Source: a virus
Length of the DNA stretch: 64,000 bases
Direction: 5' to 3' (one strand)
IMG/VR virus record: IMGVR_UViG_3300042965_000128
Location: 7,234-71,233 of that record
Part shown: in pieces, positions 8,514-17,800 of the stretch
Layout of the letters: every line of letters starts with the position of its first letter
Numbering within the stretch: position 1 is the first letter of the stretch
Notes under the pieces: generated by a model
What the model was told of the DNA's origin: nothing
The model's database searches: none
Seen by the model: the letters and a program-made list of their open reading frames with translations, nothing else
Translations under genes and position numbers: made by a program

Positions 8514-9890
8514 ATGGGTTATCGTTTTGAAGAGGATAAGGTTCAGCCTGTAGTAATTGTTGAGCCGAGGTCGGATGGTTTTTCTGCGTTTGAGCATGAT
8601 GATTATGTGATAAGCACCTATGCTTATTATACCTCGTTACCGGGAGGGCAACGGCTGGAAATACCGTTTGTGGTGCCTGTGAGTTATTTTTATCCTGAGG
8701 TAGATCTTATGGTTGTTGGTCCGGGGAGTGGTGTGGATGAGTTGGTTCAGCCCTTTGTTGTTGATGAGGATAATGTGTATTCATTTGTGGTGCCATTTAG
8801 GGGTTTATCGGTTTTCACGCTGATTGATGATTTTGAGGGGTATGCGGATACTGGTGCGTTGCGTGCGGTGTGGGTTCCGAGTGATGTGGCGAATACGCCT
8901 AATACGCTTGTTGTTGGTGATTCGTTTGGTAGCAAGTTTATGCGTATACAGACGACGAAGAATAATTCGGTTGGTGATTCTGTGCGCAGGACTTTTAGTT
9001 CTGTGCAGGACTGGTCGCAGTATACTGGGGTTCGGTTTCGTGTATTGTGTAATACGAATGCTTTTATGCAGTTTCGTATAATTGATGAGGCAGGTTCGAT
9101 AGTGTATGTAAGTATACCGCAGTATGGGAGTGTAACGAGTGCATATTTTCCTTTTACATCTTTTACAAAGGTTGGTGCTAATTTTGTTGATTTGAGTCGG
9201 GTTCAGGCGATTGAGTTTTATTGTGCGAATGATTCGCAGGTGACTAGTCTTCAGGTTGATGATATATATGTGGTGCGTATGCCGAACTTGATTTTGAAGT
9301 ATCAGCTGGGTGAGGTGCAGTTATCGCCCTCGTTTAATTTTGTGCCGCTTTTGTTTGATGATGGTTCAGCGTATAAGGAGCTGGTTGTTACTGTACTGGA
9401 TGTGACGGGCACGGTGTTAGATATATCGTTTGGTGTTTGGGATAGGAGTAAGGTATTGGATAGGAGTAAGGTGTATGGTGTGCGTTTCTTTGATTTTAGT
9501 GAGCAGGGTTTTGTGGGTGTTAATAATATGTCTTCGTTGCGTGCGCGGGTTTTGTCAGGTGGGGTGTGGGTTGGACTGGATAAGAATGTTGCATTTATGT
9601 TGACATCGGAGTTGCGTAGCAGGTTGAAGCGGTTGTTGTATTATGAGGTAACCCCGAATAATTTTCCTATTGGTTCGGGCACTGTGTCTGGTTTTTTGGT
9701 GAAGGATGGGCGTGTGGTTCGTTCATTATTCAATAATCAGGTCGGTTTAAGTTTTTATCCGAAGGAGGTGTGTTCTGATTTGATAAGGGATGAGCGTTTT
9801 GTTGTTGAGCTATGTCCTTTTCAGCCGCTGGATAGGTGGGTTCTGTTGAATGTGCGTTTGAATTTCAGGGTTGAACGGAGGATAGAATGA
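8514..9890 (+). CDS. putative virion protein with a CBM11/CIA30-like carbohydrate-binding domain
   Basis: IDDFEGY...DWSQYTGVRFRV...PFTSF...VDLSRVQAIEFY...LQVDDI pattern. Confidence 0.6.
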   Translation: MGYRFEEDKVQPVVIVEPRSDGFSAFEHDDYVISTYAYYTSLPGGQRLEIPFVVPVSYFYPEVDLMVVGPGSGVDELVQPFVVDEDNVYSFVVPFRGLSVFTLIDDFEGYADTGALRAVWVPSDVANTPNTLVVGDSFGSKFMRIQTTKNNSVGDSVRRTFSSVQDWSQYTGVRFRVLCNTNAFMQFRIIDEAGSIVYVSIPQYGSVTSAYFPFTSFTKVGANFVDLSRVQAIEFYCANDSQVTSLQVDDIYVVRMPNLILKYQLGEVQLSPSFNFVPLLFDDGSAYKELVVTVLDVTGTVLDISFGVWDRSKVLDRSKVYGVRFFDFSEQGFVGVNNMSSLRARVLSGGVWVGLDKNVAFMLTSELRSRLKRLLYYEVTPNNFPIGSGTVSGFLVKDGRVVRSLFNNQVGLSFYPKEVCSDLIRDERFVVELCPFQPLDRWVLLNVRLNFRVERRIE

Positions 9891-10555
9891 TAGAGTTGAC
9901 GTGGGGTGAATTTAGGAATTTGATTCTGGCACATGACTTGTTGCGTTGTGTCAATTATGTAGATCTTGGTAGGTATTATTTGTTGTGGGTTTCGGTTGAG
10001 AATGTTTTATTCAGGTGTCAGGTATATAAGAATTCATTTGAGGCTTCTGAGTTTGAGGCGTTGCGTGATAGGATCCCGGTTCAGGAGCGTTTTGATGAGG
10101 TTGGGCATAGGGTTATAGCGCGGGGTTTGGGTGTTTTGCCGGGTAATACGGTTTGGGCGGGTGCGATGAATGGTCTGGATTTCAGGTTTGGTATTATTGC
10201 GGGTGTAGAGAACTTTTTTGATATGCAGCTGGATAGGGATAGGTTTTTGTGGGGTGGTCGCTACGTGATAGTGGATGAAGCCGCGATAAATGTGAATGAT
10301 TATATTGAGTTGAGTATAATTGATAAGGATAATGTGCTTGGGTTGTTTGATGTGTATGGTGTGCCACCGGGTGGTTTTCTTGAGCTTAAAAAGTTTGTAA
10401 GGAAGTGGTGGGTGTATAAGACACCGGTATTTGAATTTGTGAGTGAGGATGCTACATATTTGCCTCAGGGTCTTTATATCAGGTGTGGGTATCGGAGTTT
10501 TGGAACGGTTGATAATACACTGTTATTTACACTTTACTTTTTTGAAGATGTTTGA
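9887..10555 (+). CDS. hypothetical phage protein
   Basis: ATGA coupling, 222 aa. Confidence 0.7.
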   Translation: MIELTWGEFRNLILAHDLLRCVNYVDLGRYYLLWVSVENVLFRCQVYKNSFEASEFEALRDRIPVQERFDEVGHRVIARGLGVLPGNTVWAGAMNGLDFRFGIIAGVENFFDMQLDRDRFLWGGRYVIVDEAAINVNDYIELSIIDKDNVLGLFDVYGVPPGGFLELKKFVRKWWVYKTPVFEFVSEDATYLPQGLYIRCGYRSFGTVDNTLLFTLYFFEDV

Positions 10556-10581
10556 TAAGGTTGAGAGTGTGAGGTTTAAAG

Positions 10582-10764
10582 ATGGCTGATAAGGTGGTGG
10601 TAGCAGTGGTTAATGCGAGTGGTGAGGTGGTGAAGGGTGGTGTGCAGGATGGTAAGATCGTGGGTGTTTTAGAGGATGCTAATGTTGAGAAGCGGAAGGT
10701 GGAGAGGAAAATAGATACGCTGATCAGTGAGGTGGTCAAACAAAGGACTGCTGGTAAGGGTTAG
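10582..10764 (+). CDS. small hypothetical protein
   Basis: GAGGT RBS, 60 aa. Confidence 0.55.
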   Translation: MADKVVVAVVNASGEVVKGGVQDGKIVGVLEDANVEKRKVERKIDTLISEVVKQRTAGKG

Positions 10765-10881
10765 AGTTGATGGGTTGGAGAGATTTAAAATGTGGGGAAT
10801 GTGGTTTAATTTAGGCGGAGATTTAATTATAGGCTCTATTTGATTTAAAATTGATTAGAGAAGATTGAAGGGGTGATAGTG

Positions 10882-11121
10882 ATGGCTGATAGAGGTCTTG
10901 AGGGCAAGATCAGAAGAGTTGATATTAAGTTGGATGGTGCGATATCTTATGCGAGGCAATCGCTTGGTGAACTTGATGATGCGATAGATGTTCTAAAGGT
11001 TCTTGTTTCTGCTGGTTATGTGAGTGGTGGTCGGGTGCGGAGGCTTGAGAGGCTGGCGCATGATTTGCATTCGGTCATTGAGAAGCTGGAGGAGTTTTCC
11101 GATGAGTTTATGGAATTTTGA
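10882..11121 (+). CDS. helical-hairpin paralog family member
   Basis: amphipathic heptads with central turn LVSAGYVSGG; start moved from 10873 to ATG 10882. Confidence 0.65.
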   Translation: MADRGLEGKIRRVDIKLDGAISYARQSLGELDDAIDVLKVLVSAGYVSGGRVRRLERLAHDLHSVIEKLEEFSDEFMEF

Positions 11122-11141
11122 ATTTTGGTTGGGTAGTAGAG

Positions 11142-11528
11142 ATGATGAGGGTTAATAGGGTTATAAGCCGGTTGTATGGTATTTTGCGTGGCGATTTGAA
11201 GCGTTATGCCTCTACGGTTTATATTCTTAATACGCCTGTTTTGACGGATTGGGGTGAGTATGTTTTTCGTCCGATAAGCGTTGATGAGGCGCTTGAGTTG
11301 TTGGAGGGTGGTTTTGTTTCGGCGGTTGGGCATGAGGGGACAGCACAGATTCTGTCACAACTGCTCGGTGTGAAGGTTCCTGTGAGTCGGATTCAGATAA
11401 GGATGAATGTTGGTGATAAGGCGTTGGTTTTTAGGGTTTTAACGAGGTTACCTGAGGGGAAGGTTTTGACAGAGGAGGAGTTAAGGAAGCTTCCGTGGAC
11501 GATTGGGTTGTTGGAGCGTGTGCGGTGA
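11142..11528 (+). CDS. acrIII-1: AcrIII-1-type viral ring nuclease (DUF1874 / STIV B116-like) with an N-terminal extension
   Basis: YILN start of core, FVSAVGHEGTAQILSQLLG with the catalytic His, GDKALVF, RLPEGKVL. Confidence 0.85.
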   Translation: MMRVNRVISRLYGILRGDLKRYASTVYILNTPVLTDWGEYVFRPISVDEALELLEGGFVSAVGHEGTAQILSQLLGVKVPVSRIQIRMNVGDKALVFRVLTRLPEGKVLTEEELRKLPWTIGLLERVR

Positions 11529-11761
11529 TGTTTGGTTGGAATATTAGGGAGAGGTTTATTGGTTTTTTGAAGTCGTTGGTAGAGGTGGTCAGGCGTGATG
11601 ACGTAGTTAGTTTGGCTTTTGGTTGTCTCTTTGTTTTGCTGGGATTCGTGGGAGTTTTGTTGAATGCAGAAGGGTTGATTTCGAGATTGCTATCTCTGGT
11701 TTATTGTATTGTGATGATTGTGGGAGTGTGGCTCGTTTTTAACAGTTTAGGGAAGGGATGA
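11528..11761 (+). CDS. small two-TM membrane protein
   Basis: TGATG overlap; two hydrophobic stretches. Confidence 0.55.
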   Translation: MFGWNIRERFIGFLKSLVEVVRRDDVVSLAFGCLFVLLGFVGVLLNAEGLISRLLSLVYCIVMIVGVWLVFNSLGKG

Positions 11762-12159
11762 GGAGATATTTTTTTGTGCTTTATAAGAATCCGTCAAGCA
11801 TTGATGATAGAGAGAATTATGTGGTTGTTTCGCCTGGAGAGTTATTGCTGGCGGTTGGATGGGTGCGGGCGATTATTTCCACAATTGCGATTTTGAGAAT
11901 GGACTTTGAAGCAATCACTTTAAAGCCCTTCATTATTGCTGAGAAGGTTCTTTCAACGAGAATGTTTGTTCATGAATTCACACATTTGAGGCAACAAGAA
12001 GATGATGGACTGATAAAATTCTGTATCAAGTATCTGTGGGAGTGGTTTAAAAATTTCTTTTTCAAAAAAGAGACAAGGTTTAATTTTTTTGAGTCTTATT
12101 GGAATATATCTTATGAGGTTGAGGCGAGGGAGGCAGCAGAGAATTTTCAGAGGGCATGA
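11758..12159 (+). CDS. small zincin-like HEXXH protein (DUF4157-like)
   Basis: FVHEFTHLRQQ...YWNISYEVEAR. Confidence 0.65.
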   Translation: MRRYFFVLYKNPSSIDDRENYVVVSPGELLLAVGWVRAIISTIAILRMDFEAITLKPFIIAEKVLSTRMFVHEFTHLRQQEDDGLIKFCIKYLWEWFKNFFFKKETRFNFFESYWNISYEVEAREAAENFQRA

Positions 12160-12737
12160 GAGTGGGATATTTGGTTGAGGGTGCGATAGGTTTTTCAAGT
12201 TCGCCTTCGTGGATTAGCAGGGTGATAAGGTGGTTTACGAGGTCGAGGTGGTCGCATTGTTTTGTTGTTTGGAAGGTGACTGGACCTGACGATGATGATA
12301 TTCTTTTGGTAGAGGCGGGTGAATTTCAGGTTCAGATAGTTACATTAGGAAAGTATATGAGAGGAAATTACGAATTTGAGATTTTAGATGTATCTTCGTT
12401 GATAAATTCAGAAAAGAAAAAAGAAGCGGATAAAAAGTTAGTGTCAAAAGTTGAAACGCTTTATGGCTGGCTACAATTGATAGGATTTGGAATTGTTATT
12501 TTGTTAAGAAAGTGGTTTGGCTGGAAGAGTAAGAAAAATATCTGGGGGCGGGGCAAAATCTGTTCAGAAGTTGTTGCGGAGTATTTGATTGATTGCGGAA
12601 TTGATTACAAAAGTTTATGCGGTGACAAGGATATAAATTTAATCTCACCAGAGGATATATATAAGTTCTTGGAATCAAGGAATTGTGATGTTATAATGTT
12701 TAAAAGATTTAACAAAAAAAGTAATAGGAGGTGCTGA
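12156..12737 (+). CDS. circularly permuted NlpC/P60 (YiiX/YebB-like) hydrolase
   Basis: IRWFTRSRWSHC (His first), YGW, KICSEVVA (Cys last). Confidence 0.75.
   Translation: MRVGYLVEGAIGFSSSPSWISRVIRWFTRSRWSHCFVVWKVTGPDDDDILLVEAGEFQVQIVTLGKYMRGNYEFEILDVSSLINSEKKKEADKKLVSKVETLYGWLQLIGFGIVILLRKWFGWKSKKNIWGRGKICSEVVAEYLIDCGIDYKSLCGDKDINLISPEDIYKFLESRNCDVIMFKRFNKKSNRRC
12669..12697 (+). promoter_or_regulatory. sigma70-like promoter inside the 3' end of the upstream gene
   Basis: TTGGAA, 17-nt spacer, TG-T-TATAAT, upstream of 12739. Confidence 0.55.
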
Positions 12738-12738
12738 T

Positions 12739-12969
12739 ATGGCGAGAGAAGAAAGGATGAAAGAGTTGGTGGTAGGGAGGTTTAGGAGTGCCCTGAATAT
12801 ACTCTGGGATGCTCTTGAGTTGTTTGAAACTGCCGCGGAGGGTTTAGAGGATTTAGTGGATGAAGATCCTATAGGTTACAGGGCAAGGTATGAGAGGATA
12901 AGGGAGGATCTGAGAAGGATTTGGGACGCGGGAGAGAGGATAGAGAGGGAAATTAGGCGTTTAAGGTAG
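12739..12969 (+). CDS. helical-hairpin paralog family member (divergent)
   Basis: RBS AGGAGGTG; all-helical E/R-rich 76 aa. Confidence 0.65.
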   Translation: MAREERMKELVVGRFRSALNILWDALELFETAAEGLEDLVDEDPIGYRARYERIREDLRRIWDAGERIEREIRRLR

Positions 12970-13268
12970 TGGGTGTGGTGATGGATAGGACTCTGGCGCG
13001 GTTGCTTCATTTTTTATCTGAGAGGTCGTTTGAGCGGCTTCGTGATAGGGTATATGCATTGAAAGAGTTTTTAATGGATAAGATGCTAGGTGAGCTCGCA
13101 GGTTATGTTAAGGAGTTTAAGAGCGTTTTATCAAAAGATGAATATCAGACTTTGATTAAGTTTTTTATGGATTTTGAGGATGTGGTTAAGGAGGATCTGG
13201 AAGAACTTTTGAATGATGTTGAAGCACTTTTGAAGAGGCTGGATAAGATAACTGGTTTCAAGCGTTGA
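12969..13268 (+). CDS. helical-hairpin paralog family member
   Basis: central SVLSKDEYQTL turn. Confidence 0.65.
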   Translation: MGVVMDRTLARLLHFLSERSFERLRDRVYALKEFLMDKMLGELAGYVKEFKSVLSKDEYQTLIKFFMDFEDVVKEDLEELLNDVEALLKRLDKITGFKR

Positions 13269-13315
13269 TCGGTTGTTTGAATTAATTCGGTTTGTTGTGG
13301 TGATTTAAATTAAAA

Positions 13316-13516
13316 TTGATTGAGACCGAGGGGATTAAGTATATTGGTTCCAAGGAAAGATTACTGCCTTATATTTTGGATTTTGTTCGGCGGTTGCGTC
13401 CTCGTGTGGTGCTTGATGCGGTGGGCGAATGGGTGGGTAAGGGGAATGCTGGTGATAAGGAATTTTTGTTTTTTGTTGAGAATGTAGTCGCTGATGGAAG
13501 GGATCAGACGAATTGA
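13316..13516 (+). pseudogene. remnant of a D12-class adenine methyltransferase
   Basis: IKYIGSKERLLPYI...VVLDA (motif X and start of motif I) then stops after 66 aa; no DPPY. Confidence 0.6.
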
Positions 13517-14472
13517 TACTGATGAGGAGCTGCGTTCGAGGTTGCTATCCTTGTGTCGTTTGAGTTACGGTGATATTTGGGTGGATGCGGTTAGGGGTCA
13601 CAGGGTGGGTGTTCTGGATGCTACTAAATTGGAGGATGTGCAACGGATTATGGGTGGGGAAAAAGGCGCGGTTGGTATTGAATGACCCGCCCTATAATTT
13701 GGTGGTTGGTAATGCTAAAAGTGCGTATCTTTTCAAGGTTGATATTGGGGCTTATTTAGAATTTTCACGGGGGTGGATCCAAAATGCTGTTTATGTCATG
13801 GATGCTGATTCGCATTTGTATATATGGGTGGGTGCAGATTACAGGGATGGTTTTCAGCCCCTTCCTGACTTAATGATTTTATTGCGTGAGTTTAAGGAGT
13901 TGAAGCCGCGGAATTTTATCACGATGCGTAATCAGCGTGGTTATGGGACGCGGCGGAATTGGATGTGGGTAAGACAGGAACTTCTTTATTATGTTAAGGG
14001 TAATCCGGAGTTCTATGTGGATGCGGAATATACTGAAATTCCGAAGATAGTCAGGGGTTATTATAAGAAAGTAGGAGGTGAGGTTAAGGAGAATTTAGTG
14101 CGGAGCAGGTCTAAATTTATAAGAGCGGGGAATGTCTGGGTTGATATACAGCAGGTTTTTTACAGGATGGAGGAGAATGTTCCGGGGTGTTATGCGCAGA
14201 AGCCGTTGAAGGCGATTGAACGTATAATTCGTTCTGCCACGAAGGAAGGTGAGTTGGTGGTAGATTTTTTTGCACACTCTGGTACGACGTTGATCGCTGG
14301 AGAAAGACTGAAGAGGGTGGTATATACTTTTGATATTGATCCTGTATTTGCTGAAATAACGATAAGGAGATTGGAGCGTTATAGAAGCACAGGGAAAACG
14401 GGCTGGCAGTGGGAGAGTCCCTTTCCTGAGTTAGGTAGTGCTTTTTTAGTTGGATTGGGTGTTTGGGCTTGA
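13494..14472 (+). pseudogene. N6/N4 DNA methyltransferase (beta class) split by a +1 frameshift
   Basis: ORF 13494 ...VLDATKLEDVQRIMGGEK joins ...ARLVLNDPPYN of ORF 13570 if one A is removed from A5 at 13660-13664; QKP and VDFFAHSGTT downstream. Confidence 0.75.
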
Positions 14473-14513
14473 TTTTTGGAAAATGCTGGTTTAGGATTTG
14501 ATTTGTAGATTGA

Positions 14514-15185
14514 TTGCAGATGCGGGCGATGAAGGTGGCATTGGATATAGGTCATTTGTATAAGAGGAGCAATCCGGGTGATAAGGGAGCATTGTATGAA
14601 GGAATTTATGAGGCTGATTTTGTATTTAATTATGTGAGGAAAGCGTATCAATTACTGGAGGGTGAAAACGGTATTGAAGTTTATATGTCTGATCCCTTGA
14701 AGGGTATTCTGGTTGGTGATTATTGGGAAAGAAGGAGGTGGGTGAATGAGCGGTTTGGTGAGACTGATTTGTATCTTCAATGTCACTTGAATAGTGGGAA
14801 TGGTAATTATGCTTTAGTGATGTGTGTATTGGGTTTTGATTATGATGAGAAGGTTAATAGGGTTAGGCCAGTTGTTCCAGATGAGCTGGTTGAGATTGAA
14901 AGAATGTATGGTCAGGTTTTAGCGATGAATACGCAGAAGTTTTTAGGGCTTCAGGTTAGGGATTTTGATGAAGCGAAGGATTTTGTCTGGAGTTTGAAGA
15001 GGGGAGAAAGAGGGTATGATATAGTTAAGCAGTTCAAGTGTCCCGCATTTGTCTATGAGCCCTGTTTTATAGATAACACATATCATTTTGAGAATTTGAA
15101 AAGTGGGGTGTGGGTAGAGGCTATAGCGAAGGCTATTTGGAGGTCATGTATTGAAATCAGGGATAGGATTAGTTATAATGGGTGA
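14514..15185 (+). CDS. N-acetylmuramoyl-L-alanine amidase (Amidase_3) endolysin
   Basis: VALDIGH, IYEAD, CHLNS, YEPCFID zinc-amidase motifs. Confidence 0.8.
   Translation: MQMRAMKVALDIGHLYKRSNPGDKGALYEGIYEADFVFNYVRKAYQLLEGENGIEVYMSDPLKGILVGDYWERRRWVNERFGETDLYLQCHLNSGNGNYALVMCVLGFDYDEKVNRVRPVVPDELVEIERMYGQVLAMNTQKFLGLQVRDFDEAKDFVWSLKRGERGYDIVKQFKCPAFVYEPCFIDNTYHFENLKSGVWVEAIAKAIWRSCIEIRDRISYNG
15151..15179 (+). promoter_or_regulatory. sigma70-like promoter inside the amidase 3' end
   Basis: TTGAAA, 17-nt spacer, TATAAT. Confidence 0.65.
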
Positions 15186-15187
15186 AG

Positions 15188-15213
15188 GATTAAGGAATTT
15201 AAATAAGGAGGTG
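15188..15213 (+). repeat. duplicated 26-bp leader/RBS, copy 1
   Basis: GATTAAGGAATTTAAATAAGGAGGTG; 24/26 identical to 15540-15565. Confidence 0.75.
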
Positions 15214-15218
15214 CTGTT

Positions 15219-15527
15219 ATGCGTAGATATGGGATGACTTTGGAGGAGTTTGTGGAGGAGATGATAGCGATGGGGAGGGAGTTGGTTAATATGGGTTATA
15301 AGAGGGTGGATGAGTTGAGGCAGTTTTATGGTAAGGTAGATGAATTGAGCAGGTTGCTTGATGAGGCGCATATTGGTGGTGAGTTGTCGACGCGTGAATA
15401 TAGAAATTTAAATGAAAGGCTCACGATGATAATGGATATGGTGAAGGATGCGTCCAGTATAGGTAAGCGTGCTGTGGATGCGTTGAATAAATTTTTAATG
15501 GATGTAGGCGGTTTGTTAAAAAAGTAG
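15219..15527 (+). CDS. helical-hairpin paralog family member
   Basis: starts MRRYG; turn EAHIGGELSTREYRNL. Confidence 0.8.
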   Translation: MRRYGMTLEEFVEEMIAMGRELVNMGYKRVDELRQFYGKVDELSRLLDEAHIGGELSTREYRNLNERLTMIMDMVKDASSIGKRAVDALNKFLMDVGGLLKK

Positions 15528-15539
15528 GTTTAGTGAGAA

Positions 15540-15565
15540 GATTAAAGAATTTTAATAAGGAGGTG
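15540..15565 (+). repeat. duplicated 26-bp leader/RBS, copy 2
   Basis: GATTAAAGAATTTTAATAAGGAGGTG. Confidence 0.75.
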
Positions 15566-15569
15566 TAGC

Positions 15570-15872
15570 ATGAACGGTGATTTTTTAAGGGACATCGTAA
15601 GGAAGTTCAGGGCAGTAGAAGGGCGGTTTGAAAGACATCTACTCGGCATAGTTGACCAGTTTCTGGAGGAGTTAGAGAGAATGCGTGGTGCAGTGGCTGA
15701 TGCAGTGCGGAGGGGTGAAATCTCGCGGGATATACGGGAAGATATTTTAGCGACGGTTGATGCGATTGTTGCTAAGGTAGAAGGTACGGATTCAATTGTC
15801 GGTAAGGTTGGGGAAATAAAGAGGTTGATAGAGGAGTTGAAAGATTATATTGAAGAACGTTATGGCGATTAG
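15570..15872 (+). CDS. helical-hairpin paralog family member
   Basis: turn DAVRRGEISRDIREDI. Confidence 0.8.
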   Translation: MNGDFLRDIVRKFRAVEGRFERHLLGIVDQFLEELERMRGAVADAVRRGEISRDIREDILATVDAIVAKVEGTDSIVGKVGEIKRLIEELKDYIEERYGD

Positions 15873-15955
15873 GGCGGTAACATCGTTTTGTGGTCGTCTG
15901 GTCTCTGTGGAGGCAGATGCGGTTTGGTAGTTGGAATTCGATTTAGTATTTTATT

Positions 15956-16222
15956 TTGGAGTGTATGATGGGGCGTTTTGATAAGTTGCGTTTTTTGCTT
16001 CAGCAGGCGGGTTTGCTGGATGTGAATAAGTGTTTGCTGGATGTTGATTTATCAAAGTCGTTGAAGTTGCTCGAGTTGAGTGGTAGTTTGCACTCTTTGT
16101 CTGATGATGATTTGCGGGCTTTATATGATTTGGTTGAAGAGGAGATTAGGGATAGGAGGGCGGGTTTGTATCGGCTTTTGGGTTTGTTGAAGGATGAAAT
16201 GGCGCGTAGGGGTCTGACATGA
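15956..16222 (+). CDS. small hypothetical helical protein
   Basis: ATGA overlap with the next gene. Confidence 0.55.
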   Translation: MECMMGRFDKLRFLLQQAGLLDVNKCLLDVDLSKSLKLLELSGSLHSLSDDDLRALYDLVEEEIRDRRAGLYRLLGLLKDEMARRGLT

Positions 16223-17772
16223 TTGAACAGCTTTTGAAGATATTTGAGTTTGGTGACCGCTGGTATGTGGATTCGATGAATGGTGATGATGCTAATGATG
16301 GTAGGAGTTGGGCTACTGCGAAGCGGACTATACAGAGTGCGATTGATGTGGCGCAGAGTGGTGATACGATTTTGATAAGGGGTAGTTTTGATGAGGATAT
16401 AACGATTTCGTATAAGCAGTTGCGTATCGTGGGTGTGGGTAGTTCGAGCATTAACGGGACATCGGATTTGTCAAGACCGATCATAACGGTTGATGGTGGT
16501 ACTGTGGTTTGTGTTGGTATTAGTTTGGGTGTGGTGGTTAATGCTGATTGTACTTGTATTTTGCTGGATGATATTAATCCGGTTGAGAGGGGTGATAAGA
16601 TAGTAGAGGTTTTTGGTGCGGTTGATTCTTTGGGGGTTGGCAATTGGATTGGTGATCCCTGGAATGCTGAGGAGTTAACCTCAACGAAGTTAATTGAGAA
16701 GTATTCTGCGTCTGTGGCGGTTAAGCCTTCGCCGGGAGATACGACGCTGGTAGTAAATGGTAATATAGCGGTTGAGCCGTGGTTATCGGTGAGGAAGTTT
16801 ATGCAGCAGGGTCATGCTTTTTTCCCGATTTATATTACGCGGAGCTATGAGGGAATAACTTATGATGAGGGTAATGATGTTTCAATTATTTCGGGTATTG
16901 ATCCACCTTTTACGGCTGATACTTTGCCGGGAGATTGGCCGAAGAATAATATTTATTTGTGTGCGATAAGGGTGCATCCTGATAGTTTTGTGGGTTTTCA
17001 TGCGAGGGGTGAGCAGATAGTTCCTGACAGGCGGAATTTGAAGCATTTGATATCTTCGCAGGGTTTAACGCTTTTGAGTGCGATTTTTGTGAGTTGTATG
17101 ATTCGTGCGTATATAAGTCCTTATATGCAGATTCCTGTTCCTGTGTCGAATTTGATTTTTGATAGTTGTTGGTTTTGGGGTTTGCAGGATATAGGGCGTT
17201 ATCTTTTTAATTTTCTTTGTATACCATTTGGTTCATTTGCGGTGCGTGATAGTGTTTTTTTGGTAACGGAGGGTTCGGGTATTGCGAAGATAACGGGCTT
17301 GTCGGAGGATTTTTTGCGTATGATTGGTGCGCCTTTTACGAAGGATTTTAGGGATTTGCTGGGTGTGGGAGGGTTTTTCCATAATATAATTGCTAACATA
17401 TCGTTTGGTAACTTTGATGCGCCTGTGATAAGGGATTGGGTGAGTTCGAAGGTTCCCATATCGAAGCTTGTGATTGGGCGGGAGGTGTTGTCGGTTGATA
17501 TGAATACTGGTGAGATTGTTATAGGACCGCTTGAGCTTGCATTGCCGTTTGCTGAGAATTTGTGGGTAAATGCGTATTATGCGGGCTTGAATTACAGGAA
17601 TGTTGAGGTTGTGCGTGATGTGGATAGGTGTCCGGCTGGTGATGTTTTGCGTTCGTATAAGGATAAGGCGGCGCTTGGTAATGTTGCTGCGATTGAGGAG
17701 TCGTTGGTGTATGATGTGAGTGCTGTGTTGCAGGGTCTGGTTGCAAAAAAGAGGCTGGAGATTATAAAATGA
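16219..17772 (+). CDS. putative right-handed beta-helix (pectin-lyase-like) virion or surface protein
   Basis: N-terminal WYVD...GDDANDGRSWATAKRTIQSAIDVAQSGDTILIRG cap motif. Confidence 0.65.
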   Translation: MIEQLLKIFEFGDRWYVDSMNGDDANDGRSWATAKRTIQSAIDVAQSGDTILIRGSFDEDITISYKQLRIVGVGSSSINGTSDLSRPIITVDGGTVVCVGISLGVVVNADCTCILLDDINPVERGDKIVEVFGAVDSLGVGNWIGDPWNAEELTSTKLIEKYSASVAVKPSPGDTTLVVNGNIAVEPWLSVRKFMQQGHAFFPIYITRSYEGITYDEGNDVSIISGIDPPFTADTLPGDWPKNNIYLCAIRVHPDSFVGFHARGEQIVPDRRNLKHLISSQGLTLLSAIFVSCMIRAYISPYMQIPVPVSNLIFDSCWFWGLQDIGRYLFNFLCIPFGSFAVRDSVFLVTEGSGIAKITGLSEDFLRMIGAPFTKDFRDLLGVGGFFHNIIANISFGNFDAPVIRDWVSSKVPISKLVIGREVLSVDMNTGEIVIGPLELALPFAENLWVNAYYAGLNYRNVEVVRDVDRCPAGDVLRSYKDKAALGNVAAIEESLVYDVSAVLQGLVAKKRLEIIK

Positions 17773-17800
17773 TCAAGAATGGTTTTAAGGAGGTGATAAG

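Noticed and set aside
13656-13665. Canonical -1 ribosomal frameshift in the methyltransferase
   Set aside because: Joining the two ORFs requires +1 (or -2), and the run is not phased as X XXY YYZ.
15895-15926. Small intergenic hairpin CGTCTGGTCTC-TGTG-GAGGCAGATG
   Set aside because: Imperfect stem with a weak U-tract; not enough to call a terminator or ncRNA.
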